This document shows, piece by piece, positions 9,924-18,972 of a DNA stretch of 64,000 nt. The notes under the pieces are model-generated. The model did no database searches. It worked only from the letters and a program-made list of their open reading frames with translations, and was not told the DNA's origin. Both the position numbers and the translations under genes were made by a program. Source of the DNA: an uncultured delta proteobacterium (GTDB lineage: Bacteria > Desulfobacterota > Binatia > UBA9968). The stretch lies in the NCBI GenBank assembly GCA_963737905.1, contig CAVTUQ010000025.1, forward strand, positions 128,001 through 192,000, given 5' to 3'. The number at the start of each line of letters is the position of its first letter. The first letter of the stretch is position 1.

Positions 9924-11156
9924 ATGGCTTCCCAATACGACCTCACGATTATCGGCGGCGGCATCGTTGGTTTAGCAACGGCTCTAAGAATCCTCGAAGC
10001 CTACCCCCGCACGAAACTATTGATCCTCGAAAAGGAACCCCAACTTGCCCGCCACCAAACCGGCAACAACAGCGGAGTTATTCACTCCGGACTCTATTAC
10101 CGCCCCGGCTCCCTGAAAGCGCGCAGCTGCGTCACCGGGCGCAAAGCGTTGATTGAATTCTGCAACGAACATTCTGTACCCTATGAATTGTGCGGCAAGG
10201 TGGTCGTGGCAACGAGCCAGGAAGAGTTGGCACGTCTTGATGAGCTTCATCGGAGAGGCGTGGCCAATGGGCTGCAAGGCTTGGAAATAATCGGAAAGGA
10301 GCGGCTCAAAGAGCTTGAACCCCATGCCACCGGGATCAAAGGGCTCCGTGTTCCTGAAACCGGTATAATCGACTATAAGAAAGTCGCCGAGGCCTACGCT
10401 AACCAGGTGCGGGCGACGGGCGGTGATATTCGTCTGTCGCAAAGGGTTCTTGGGATTCTCGAAGGTGGCCGAGAAATCGTTTTACAAACCTCTGGCGGCG
10501 ACTATCGGACGAGCTACCTGATCAACTGTTGCGGCCTTCACTCCGATGTCGTCGCTAAGATGATGAAAACTCATGACGCTGCTGGAAACGGCGACGAGCA
10601 CAGAATCATTCCGTTTCGCGGGGAGTATTATAAGATCGCGCCCGAAAGACAGTTTCTGGTTCGCAATCTGATTTACCCAGTGCCGGACCCGACTTTCCCA
10701 TTCTTGGGAGTTCACTTCACCCGTATGGCGAAGGGCGGAGTCGAAGCCGGACCCAACGCGGTCCTCGCCCTCGCGCGCGAAGGCTACCATCATACCGATG
10801 TCAATCTCGGAGATCTGTGGAAGACCGCTTCCTTCAAGGGCTTCTGGGCGATGGCGGGGAAATATTGGCAAACCGGATTCGGCGAGCTTTACCGCTCCCT
10901 CAACAAGCCGGCTTTTGTCCGCGCCCTGCAAAAACTTGTGCCGGAAATCCGCGAAAGCGACCTTGTCCCAGGAGGCGCCGGCGTCCGTGCCCAGGCGGTG
11001 TCAGCCAGCGGCGCGTTGGTGGACGATTTTGTTATCAAAGAAGGCCGCAATGCCATTCACGTGCTCAACGCTCCGTCTCCCGGTGCGACTGCGTCCTTGT
11101 CCATTGGCCTGGCGATCACCCAGATGGCAGCAAAGAATTTTGACTTGAAAAATTGA
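9924..11156 (+). CDS. lhgO: L-2-hydroxyglutarate oxidase
   Basis: IIGGGIVG, HQTGNNSGVIHSGLYY.PGSLKA, IIPFRGEY, PFLGVHFT, AGVRAQA, NAPSPGATASL. Confidence 0.92.
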   Translation: MASQYDLTIIGGGIVGLATALRILEAYPRTKLLILEKEPQLARHQTGNNSGVIHSGLYYRPGSLKARSCVTGRKALIEFCNEHSVPYELCGKVVVATSQEELARLDELHRRGVANGLQGLEIIGKERLKELEPHATGIKGLRVPETGIIDYKKVAEAYANQVRATGGDIRLSQRVLGILEGGREIVLQTSGGDYRTSYLINCCGLHSDVVAKMMKTHDAAGNGDEHRIIPFRGEYYKIAPERQFLVRNLIYPVPDPTFPFLGVHFTRMAKGGVEAGPNAVLALAREGYHHTDVNLGDLWKTASFKGFWAMAGKYWQTGFGELYRSLNKPAFVRALQKLVPEIRESDLVPGGAGVRAQAVSASGALVDDFVIKEGRNAIHVLNAPSPGATASLSIGLAITQMAAKNFDLKN

Positions 11157-11243
11157 TCACGATTCTAAGCCCAGAGAGACAATCTTGATTTCCCCTGCCC
11201 GTCAAATATCGTGATGCACAACTAGAACGGAGGTCGATACTGA

Positions 11244-11771
11244 ATGATTATTGAATACAAAGGGAAAAGACCAAAGATCTCTGCCACGGCTTTCATTGCA
11301 CCCACCGCTGTTTTGATCGGCGACGTTACCATCGGCGACGAAGCAAGCATCTGGTGGGGAGCGGTTTTGAGATCAGATCAAAATGCCAATCCGATCGTCG
11401 TGGGTGACCGCACGAGCGTACAGGACAATTGCGTGATTCACTCCGGCGAAGCCCCAACGATTATTGAAGCGGATTGCACGATCGGCCACGCTGCGATCAT
11501 GGAGGGTCCGCTGGTCAAACGCGGCGCGATTATTGGAATGAATGTGACTCTCCTAGAGAACGTCGAGATCGGCGAAGAGGCTCTTATCGCCGCTGGCAGC
11601 GTCGTCGTTCCCCACACCAAGATTCCACCCCGTGTTCTCGCCGCAGGGAGCCCGGCTAAAGTGAAAAAAGAGCTCACCGGCGAGGCCCTAAACTGGATCA
11701 AAATGGGGTCGTCGACCTATGTAAACCTATGCCGAAGTTATCTCGCCGGCGATTACAAAGTTATTGCCTGA
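11244..11771 (+). CDS. Gamma carbonic anhydrase / PaaY-like hexapeptide-repeat protein
   Basis: FIAPTAVLIGDV, VLRSD, VQDNCVIH, TIGH, AGSPAK. The third Zn-binding His position appears to be Glu (GHAAIMEG). Confidence 0.85.
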   Translation: MIIEYKGKRPKISATAFIAPTAVLIGDVTIGDEASIWWGAVLRSDQNANPIVVGDRTSVQDNCVIHSGEAPTIIEADCTIGHAAIMEGPLVKRGAIIGMNVTLLENVEIGEEALIAAGSVVVPHTKIPPRVLAAGSPAKVKKELTGEALNWIKMGSSTYVNLCRSYLAGDYKVIA

Positions 11772-11851
11772 CTATCCCGGGGAACCATTTCCTGAAAACA
11801 GCCACGTCAACAATTAAGACAAGGCGTTGACAAATAACGACAGAAGCGATA

Positions 11852-11864
11852 CTGGTCAGACCAG
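11852..11864. promoter_or_regulatory. FadR-subfamily operator palindrome overlapping the promoter of the regulator/oxidoreductase operon
   Basis: CTGGTCAGACCAG (TGGT-N3-ACCA core), 17 bp upstream of the regulator ATG and just downstream of TTGACA at 11827-11832. Confidence 0.8.
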
Positions 11865-11881
11865 CAGACAGCTAGACCTAA

Positions 11882-12622
11882 ATGCTCCACGCTATTAAGA
11901 AGACTCGCATTCACGAGGAAGTGGTGACCCAGATTCATGATCTCATCAGAGAGGGTCGACTCAAGGCCGGCGATCAGCTGCCCTCCGAGAGAGAACTTTC
12001 GGAGACATTCAAGGTGAGTCGGACTTCCGTGCGCGAAGCTCTCCGGGCACTGGAAACCAAAGGACTTATTATCAGCCGGACGGGAATGGGAAATTTTGTC
12101 GCCGACTTGCCTATCGAATCTTTAATCGCGCCCCTGGCCAAACTGCTCATCGAAGAAAAGACTGCCCTAGCCGACATTTTTGAACTTCGTAAGCTCATTG
12201 AACCGCACATCGCAGCATTGGCGGCGGAGCGCGCAACCATGAAAGACATTGAGAGAATGAAAAACATCCTGGAAAAGCAGAGTGAAGCGGTCATTCGAGG
12301 GGAAACCGGAGTGGAGGCCGATGCTCAGCTGCATTTTGCTATCGGACAGGCAACTCAAAATCAAGCCCTCGAGAAACTTGTCTCCGGCTTGATGGAGATA
12401 TTAAGCCATAGCCGCGAGGAGTCCCTCCAAACACTCGATCGCAGGAAGGCATCTATAGAATCCCACCGAAAAATTCTCGCTGCCATTGAACAGCACAACG
12501 GGACAAAAGCCCAAGAAGCGATGTTCCACCACATCGAACAGGTCGAAGAAAATGTGCTTTCATCGAGGAAACCACCTACCAATAACAACCATAACCGTTT
12601 AGAAGAGAGGAGTGTTTCATGA
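11882..12622 (+). CDS. FadR/GntR family transcriptional regulator
   Basis: GDQLPSERELSETFKVSRTSVREAL winged HTH plus FCD domain. Stop overlaps the next ATG (ATGA). Confidence 0.93.
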   Translation: MLHAIKKTRIHEEVVTQIHDLIREGRLKAGDQLPSERELSETFKVSRTSVREALRALETKGLIISRTGMGNFVADLPIESLIAPLAKLLIEEKTALADIFELRKLIEPHIAALAAERATMKDIERMKNILEKQSEAVIRGETGVEADAQLHFAIGQATQNQALEKLVSGLMEILSHSREESLQTLDRRKASIESHRKILAAIEQHNGTKAQEAMFHHIEQVEENVLSSRKPPTNNNHNRLEERSVS

Positions 12623-13818
12623 TCAAACGCGTAGAGGTCAACTATCGAGGTATATTTCAGAAGAACCTGGGAAAGAAGATCGGCAGCGACATTGTTATGA
12701 TCGCGAGCCGAATGGGGCAGAGGGCATTCTCCAACGGTCGTTACAGTGACTCGCCGGAGAGAAACGGGATTCCCTGTAAGTACTTCGCCTTCGTTTCTCC
12801 GGATCTTTCAGAGGAGGAACTGGAAGCAGAATGCGGCGCCAAGCTGGAGATCGACGACGCCAACATCTCCGTCGTGCTCGACGATACGATGTGCAAGGGC
12901 GTCGAACCCTGGGGTTGGCACGGCGTGCGGCCGATCAATGAGAGGGTGGTCAAGGACGGCTGTCTGCTCGTGGTCTCCAACAAAAAGCCGGAAGAGCTGC
13001 TAAAATTCATCGGCAAAAAACCTTACAATTACCGGCTGGCGATCCTTAGCGGGGACGCCAGTCTCGCGGGTCTGTGGGTCAATAAGGACGACTTGACCCA
13101 CGAGCGGATCTTGGGCGGAATTGCCGCTGTCGATCCGGCAGTGATCAGCATCGAAGCCGTAGAATCCTACCTTTTGGAAAAGACCAAACAAAAACATCGT
13201 GCAGAGGCGGCGCGGGCGGCTTACGAGTCGCTCAGGCAGGAGGCCAAACCTCCACGGGTGAAGACGGTCACGCCGAACGACGGAATCGTGTGGACGCATG
13301 AGATACCCGTGCTGCCCAAGTGGTTCGAGATGCAAGAGGGCGCCGCGGTTCCGGCGGTCAAGCGTGGATTCGAAATCGGCCCGCGGGGACAATCGAGAAA
13401 TGCCATGTTCAAGCGCGGCACCACCAAGACCCAAAGGCCTGCGGTCCGATTCGATCTCTGCACCAAGTGCACGCTTTGCTGGGTTGAGTGTCCGGATGAA
13501 TGCTTCGATCCGACCAGCGACGGCTACTACGACATCGAGTACCAGTACTGCGTTGGTTGCGGCAAATGCGCCGAGATCTGTCCGGTGAAAGAGTGCATCG
13601 TGATGGTGGATGAGCTGCAATTCGAGGACGACCACAGTCCGTGGGAGCATTGGAAGAAAGATTCCAAAGAATACATTCAATGGGTCGAGGGGAAAAAGGG
13701 CAAAGACCGGGTTTCCTATCCCGTCGTAACCGGCAAGGGCATCACCGTGACCCAGGGAGTAGTGATGCCTGAGGGAAAGATCGTACCCGTCAGAAAGACG
13801 GAGGAGGTTGAAGTATGA
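12619..13818 (+). CDS. 2-oxoacid:ferredoxin oxidoreductase fused gamma/delta subunit (oxalate oxidoreductase delta-like)
   Basis: Gamma-like N-terminal domain plus 2x[4Fe-4S] motifs CTKCTLCWVECP and CVGCGKCAEICP. Lacks the GxGG CoA loop (YRGIFQK). Confidence 0.85.
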   Translation: MIKRVEVNYRGIFQKNLGKKIGSDIVMIASRMGQRAFSNGRYSDSPERNGIPCKYFAFVSPDLSEEELEAECGAKLEIDDANISVVLDDTMCKGVEPWGWHGVRPINERVVKDGCLLVVSNKKPEELLKFIGKKPYNYRLAILSGDASLAGLWVNKDDLTHERILGGIAAVDPAVISIEAVESYLLEKTKQKHRAEAARAAYESLRQEAKPPRVKTVTPNDGIVWTHEIPVLPKWFEMQEGAAVPAVKRGFEIGPRGQSRNAMFKRGTTKTQRPAVRFDLCTKCTLCWVECPDECFDPTSDGYYDIEYQYCVGCGKCAEICPVKECIVMVDELQFEDDHSPWEHWKKDSKEYIQWVEGKKGKDRVSYPVVTGKGITVTQGVVMPEGKIVPVRKTEEVEV

Positions 13819-15056
13819 GTGTCGCAGTCGCACAAACAAAATCAGATCAATCAGGTGTCTACGAGCGTGAAGACCTTCTGAACGGTTGCCAGGCCGTCGC
13901 GCATGGCGTGCGCCTGGCGGACGTGGACGTGATCGCCGCTTATCCGATCCGTCCTTATACCGAGGTGATGGACGCGCTCTCTAAACTGATCGCCGACGGT
14001 CAATTCGACGCCGAGTACATCATCGCGGACAGCGAGCACTCGCAGTTCGAGATCGTCAAGCACGCCAGTTCCGTAAACGCGCGCGCCTTCGGCGGATCGA
14101 GCGGCACAGGTTGGATGTACGGTATGGAAGCGCTGGTCGTTACGGCGACCGACCGTCTCCCGCCTCTTTTCGTAGTGGGCAATCGCGCGCTTGACGATCC
14201 GGGCGCTTTCGGCGTCGAGCACAACGACGCAATGGCGGTCCGGGACATGGGCTGGCTTCTCTGCTGGGTGACCACCCCGCAGGAAGCGCTGGAGCACGTG
14301 CTGATCGGCTACCGTATCGCCGAAGACAAGAAAGTCAGGATGCCGATGGGATTGGCAATGGACGGCGCCTTTCTCACCCACTCGCAGCACATGGTCAAGA
14401 TCCCATCGCCGGAAGCGGCGAAGAGATTTCTCCCGCAGTACGACCTCGCCGAGCGGCGCCTCCATCCCGACAATCCGATCTCCATCGCGCCGCAGGTCAA
14501 CGAGGATTGGGTTATGGAGCTCAGACGCCAGAACTGGGAGGCCGCCAAACGGGCGCGCAGCGTGATCAAGGAAGCCTATAAAGAATTCAACGACATCTTC
14601 GGCGATCGCTACGCTGCGCCCTACTATTTCGACGAGTTCATGACCGACGACGCGGAAGTGGTCCTGATCGGCATCGGCACGGTGGCGGCGCCGGCACGCA
14701 CAGCGGTGCGCCGCATGCGCGAGAAGGGACAAAAAGTAGGTTACGTGAACCTGCGCTGGTTCCGGCCTTTCCCGACAGTTGAGCTGCGGGAGTGCTTGAG
14801 CCGCTTCAAAGCGGTCGGCGTGGTCGATAGGGATTTCGCCCATGGTTCGCCGGACAACGGCGGCATCCTGATGCAAGAGGTCCGTTCTTGCCTCTACCCG
14901 GCCAAGAATCGGCCGGCGATCGTCAATTTCATGGGCGGCCTGGGCGGGCGCGATCTCTCCATCGCAGACGCGCAGAAGATGTACGATATAACGCAACAGG
15001 CGGCCAAGAAGGATTCGATGGACGAATTCGTAACGTGGATCGGTCTCAGGGAGTAA
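13815..15056 (+). CDS. 2-oxoacid:ferredoxin oxidoreductase alpha subunit (oxalate oxidoreductase alpha-like)
   Basis: AVAHGVRLADVDVIAAYPIRPYT, SEHSQ, NRALDDPG, FRPFP, GLGGRD. Confidence 0.9.
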   Translation: MSVAVAQTKSDQSGVYEREDLLNGCQAVAHGVRLADVDVIAAYPIRPYTEVMDALSKLIADGQFDAEYIIADSEHSQFEIVKHASSVNARAFGGSSGTGWMYGMEALVVTATDRLPPLFVVGNRALDDPGAFGVEHNDAMAVRDMGWLLCWVTTPQEALEHVLIGYRIAEDKKVRMPMGLAMDGAFLTHSQHMVKIPSPEAAKRFLPQYDLAERRLHPDNPISIAPQVNEDWVMELRRQNWEAAKRARSVIKEAYKEFNDIFGDRYAAPYYFDEFMTDDAEVVLIGIGTVAAPARTAVRRMREKGQKVGYVNLRWFRPFPTVELRECLSRFKAVGVVDRDFAHGSPDNGGILMQEVRSCLYPAKNRPAIVNFMGGLGGRDLSIADAQKMYDITQQAAKKDSMDEFVTWIGLRE

Positions 15057-15073
15057 AATAGGAGGGAAGGATT

Positions 15074-16069
15074 ATGTCAACTGCACCACAAATCGATTAC
15101 GAGAAGATCAAAGGCGTTCACAAAATTCCGCTGGAAGAGCTTTACACCTCCGGCCACCGCACCTGTCAGGGATGCGAGTCCGCGACGACGATGCGCGGCT
15201 TTATCAAGGTGGCGGGTTCGCGCACGGTCGTCACGGGAGCGACCGGCTGCATGTATGTAGCCAACACCTCGTACCTGACCACGCCCTGGATCGTGCCCTG
15301 GATGCACACCCAGCTCGGCGCCGGTGGCTCGTCCGCCGTGGGCATGGCCGCGGGGCTGCGCGCGCTCAAGCGCAAGGGGAAGATCAAAGACGAGAAGATC
15401 AATGTCATCAACTTCTCCGGCGATCTCGGCGCCGGCGATATGGGAATCGGCGGCATCTCCGGCGCCCTGCAAAGCGATTACGACTTGCTGATCATCATGT
15501 ACGACAACGAATCGGCCGCGAATACCGATATTCAAGCGACGGGTTTGACCACCTATGGGGCGCAGACGACGTTCACGCCTCCAGGCACCAAGCACTCCAT
15601 CATGCAGCGGCGCTGGAAGAAAAATGTTGCCGGCATGCTGGCCGTCGGCCATCCGACCTGCCGCTACGTGGCCACCGCCTGCGCCACCTTTCCGCCCACG
15701 GACTATTTGAACAAGGTCCAAAAGGCGCTCGCTATCGGCGGCCCGACCTTCATCCACACCTACGATCCCTGTCCCAAAGGTTGGGACTATCACCCTCGCT
15801 TCTCAAACGAGCTTGGCGAGTTGGGAATCAAATGCGGCATCTATCCGCTCTACGAAATAGTCGACGGGAACATCATTTACACCTGGGACGCGCGCAAGAC
15901 GGGCAAGGGACGAATTCCGGTGAAAGAATTCCTCACCAAACAGGGCCGCTTCGATCACCTTCAAGAAGAGCACTTCACCCATATCCAGAAGATGGTGGAC
16001 GAGATGTGGGAGGAATGGGAGTTTCCCGGTGTCGCGCCGATAAAGGGCACCTTGAAGGCCAGAATTTAA
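15074..16069 (+). CDS. 2-oxoacid:ferredoxin oxidoreductase beta (TPP-binding) subunit
   Basis: GHRTCQGC, TGCMYVANTSY, GDLG...DNE..ANT TPP motif variant, PCPKGW. Confidence 0.9.
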   Translation: MSTAPQIDYEKIKGVHKIPLEELYTSGHRTCQGCESATTMRGFIKVAGSRTVVTGATGCMYVANTSYLTTPWIVPWMHTQLGAGGSSAVGMAAGLRALKRKGKIKDEKINVINFSGDLGAGDMGIGGISGALQSDYDLLIIMYDNESAANTDIQATGLTTYGAQTTFTPPGTKHSIMQRRWKKNVAGMLAVGHPTCRYVATACATFPPTDYLNKVQKALAIGGPTFIHTYDPCPKGWDYHPRFSNELGELGIKCGIYPLYEIVDGNIIYTWDARKTGKGRIPVKEFLTKQGRFDHLQEEHFTHIQKMVDEMWEEWEFPGVAPIKGTLKARI

Positions 16070-16087
16070 ACGCCACGTTCCCCTGCC

Positions 16088-16117
16088 AAAAGGCCCCAAA
16101 AATGGGGCCTTTTTTTT
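16088..16117 (+). terminator. Rho-independent terminator after the oxidoreductase operon
   Basis: AAAAGGCCCCA-aaaa-TGGGGCC followed by a T run. Confidence 0.88.
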
Positions 16118-16327
16118 GCCGCGAAGAAGAGGTCTATTCGCAGCGACTTGTAACTTGGCCGTCGTTCCAAGTAAAAGGCAACTATCAGCATTCCGCGCCG
16201 AGAGAAGGTCGCATGGCAACGTAATGATTCGGCTGTCATCCGGCCGCGCCTCGCCAGCTGACCTTTTACAGTTTATTCGCTGCCCGCCTGATTGTTTTTT
16301 CTATTACGATCCAATAGCCTACCGGTC

Positions 16328-17173
16328 ATGGGTGCAGTGACCTTCCCCAAAGCAGCGCAACACTCTCAGCGAAGCAGAGCCTCCATTGCTTTTCTCAGTG
16401 CGTCAGTTCTGTTGACCGCGCTGGTATTTCTCTCGTCTTCCGCCCATTCCTCTTGCCGTGACCCCGAGGTAGCGCAGGGCTTTGGATCTCTTGCCTACGC
16501 GGCGAATGTCGATGCGACAATTCAATATTTCGGTCACAATTTTTTTCTCATCACCACCAGCAAGGGAACCCGCATCGTCACCGACCCATTGGGGCCGGGA
16601 TGGTATCCAAACCCGAACGTGGTCGGGGACGTGGTCACCGTCGGGAAAGAGATGTTCAATCACAATGCGGTCCAGATCGTCCGGGGCAATCCGCTGATTC
16701 TCCGCGGGCTCAAGGACTATGGCGCCAACTGGAACACCGTTAGCATGAGTTTCAAAGATACTTTCATCTATAACGTCCCGATTCATCAAAACGCCGAATT
16801 CACCGAGGGCATTCATGGCTCTGCATTCGTTTTCGATCTCGGACCGTTGTGCATCGCCCACTTGGGCGACTTGAGCCAAAAGCTGAACGAGCAACAGATC
16901 AAAGCGTTTGGCAAGGTGGACGTTGCCCTCACACCCATCGGGGGAGGTCGCACGATGGGGCCGGACTTGGCGCGGGAAGTCCTGGCGCAGCTCAAGCCCA
17001 AGATTGCAATTCCCATGCATCACCGCGACAACCCTTATCTGGTCAGACAGTTCACAGCAGGTCTCAAGACAGAGATCATGAAGACCGACACACTAGGGGT
17101 GAGCAAAGGCGCTCTCCCGTCCTCGTTGGAGATCAGAGTTCTTCAGCCTCGCGGTGCGATGCGTTACGAGTGA
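16328..17173 (+). CDS. Exported metallo-beta-lactamase-fold protein with degenerate metal motif
   Basis: Hydrophobic signal, YFGHNFFLI...IVTDP, IAHLGDL, VDVALTPIGG, PKIAIPMH. The HxHxDH position reads KEMFNH. Start uncertain. Confidence 0.75.
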   Translation: MGAVTFPKAAQHSQRSRASIAFLSASVLLTALVFLSSSAHSSCRDPEVAQGFGSLAYAANVDATIQYFGHNFFLITTSKGTRIVTDPLGPGWYPNPNVVGDVVTVGKEMFNHNAVQIVRGNPLILRGLKDYGANWNTVSMSFKDTFIYNVPIHQNAEFTEGIHGSAFVFDLGPLCIAHLGDLSQKLNEQQIKAFGKVDVALTPIGGGRTMGPDLAREVLAQLKPKIAIPMHHRDNPYLVRQFTAGLKTEIMKTDTLGVSKGALPSSLEIRVLQPRGAMRYE

Positions 17174-17323
17174 CGGCGTTAATCCCGCGGGAAGGGACGA
17201 GCCCCTCGTCACCTCATCATCGAAGAGGATGAATCCGAGCCCGCTTTCGGGGGACAGCGGAACAGAGTCCTCCACTTCAAACGATTCCTGCGCCGCGTTA
17301 TAATCGAAGCGGCTTTGGCAATC

Positions 17324-18070
17324 ATGAAAAAGCTTCTCGTCTGCCAGCATGTCCCGCATGAAATTCTTGGCACTCTAGATCCGTTATTGAAAAGCGCGGG
17401 ATTTCGCATACGGTACGTGAATTTTGGCCGCTATCCCGACGCGGGACCCAGCTTGGACGGTTATCACGGGTTGGTCGTTCTGGGCGGGCCCATGAGCGTG
17501 AACGATACGCATCGACTGTCCCATCTGATCACGGAAATGAAGTTGATCGAAATAGCGATGCGCAGGAATCTTCCCGTGTTAGGGATTTGCCTCGGCGCTC
17601 AATTGATCGCGAAAACACTGGGCGCCGCCGTTTACCCAAACAAGGAAAAGGAAATCGGTTGGCACGACGTTTCTCCGACGGCCGAGGCGGAAAGCGATCC
17701 GCTACTCGCTGAATTCCAAAGAACGGAGAAAATTTTTCACTGGCACGGCGATACATTCGACATTCCCAAGAGCACCATTCACCTCGCCTTCTCTGCCCTG
17801 TGCGTCAATCAGGCTTTTCGCTATGGCGCCAATGTTTATGGTTTTCAGTTTCACCTCGAAGTCAACGAGCCGATGATTCATCGGTGGCTTCGGGTCGCCG
17901 AAAACAAAAAAGAAATCACCGCCCTCGGCGGGAAAATTGATCCCGAGCGCATCGATCTGGAAACACCGGACAACATGAGGAGACTCCAATCGCTGAGTGA
18001 ACGCGTTTTCGGTGAATTCATCCAGCTGTTCGACATCCAAAAGAAAATCGTCAGACTTCCTTCACTCTAA
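17324..18070 (+). CDS. Class I glutamine amidotransferase-like protein
   Basis: VLGGPMS, LGICLGAQL nucleophile elbow, WHGDTF, FQFHLE. Confidence 0.9.
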   Translation: MKKLLVCQHVPHEILGTLDPLLKSAGFRIRYVNFGRYPDAGPSLDGYHGLVVLGGPMSVNDTHRLSHLITEMKLIEIAMRRNLPVLGICLGAQLIAKTLGAAVYPNKEKEIGWHDVSPTAEAESDPLLAEFQRTEKIFHWHGDTFDIPKSTIHLAFSALCVNQAFRYGANVYGFQFHLEVNEPMIHRWLRVAENKKEITALGGKIDPERIDLETPDNMRRLQSLSERVFGEFIQLFDIQKKIVRLPSL

Positions 18071-18137
18071 GGCGCGCAAAACCGACATGGGGGGCGGCCC
18101 GATTTGTGGCCTACGCAAAGTCGCCGACCCCTTGAGG

Positions 18138-18959
18138 TCATGCTTGGCACGAAGGACAATAGAAGGCGCTGCGATTACCGATCGGAACTCTTTTAATCCG
18201 GGTTCGGCAAAAGCGGCACTTTTCTCCGCCGCGATCGTAAACCCTGAGGTGGTTCTGAAACTCGCCAAACTTGTCGTCGGCATCGCGATAGTCCGAAAAC
18301 GACGTCCCGCACCAGCGGATCGCCTCATTTAAGACCTCTGGAATCGCTGCCGCAATCTCATCCACCTTTGATCGTTTGAGCTTCCAAGAGCGAGTCGTCG
18401 GTCGAACACCGACACGGGCGAGAATCTCGTTCGCATAGATATTGCCGATGCCCGCCACGATCTGCTGGTCGAGGAGAAGGTCCCGGATGCGGCGCTCTGA
18501 ACGCTTGGTGAACGAGTGCAGATAGGAGCCGGCGAATCGTGGATCAAACGGATCGAGCCCAAGATATTTCAATTGCGGCAAATCGTGAAGCCTGTCTACC
18601 GCGACCACCAGAGATAAACCAAAGCGCCGGGGATCGTGGTAACGCAGTTCCTGCCTGCTATCGAGACTGACGAGGATGTGATCATGCTTTTGTCTCGGTG
18701 TCTTTGGATCGACATGAACGAGCTTCCCCGACATCCCCAGATGAACCATCCAGACGATGTTAGCGCTGAGCGAAATCAAGATGTATTTCGCTATGCGTTC
18801 AACCCGTAGGATGGTTTTACCTTCCAAGGACTGAGCAAATTTCCGATCCACGAGGCAACGTAGGCGCCGCTCCATCACATGGACGCCCAGGATACGCCGC
18901 CCCGCCAGGTGGAGCTGCAGCCCACGGCAGATGGTCTCGATTTCAGGTAACTCGGGCAT
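18138..18959 (-). CDS. mutM: Formamidopyrimidine-DNA glycosylase
   Basis: MPELPE N-terminus, HLGMSG, DPRRFG, GIGNIYANE and C-terminal Zn finger. Confidence 0.97.
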   Translation of the reverse strand: MPELPEIETICRGLQLHLAGRRILGVHVMERRLRCLVDRKFAQSLEGKTILRVERIAKYILISLSANIVWMVHLGMSGKLVHVDPKTPRQKHDHILVSLDSRQELRYHDPRRFGLSLVVAVDRLHDLPQLKYLGLDPFDPRFAGSYLHSFTKRSERRIRDLLLDQQIVAGIGNIYANEILARVGVRPTTRSWKLKRSKVDEIAAAIPEVLNEAIRWCGTSFSDYRDADDKFGEFQNHLRVYDRGGEKCRFCRTRIKRVPIGNRSAFYCPSCQA

Positions 18960-18972
18960 AGGATTCCGGAAA

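Noticed and set aside
13000-16224. Long alternative-frame ORFs over the oxidoreductase operon (13000-13839 -, 13851-14996 -, 15077-15793 -, 15172-16224 +)
   Set aside because: They are shadows of GC-rich codon usage in well-supported genes and have no recognisable motifs.
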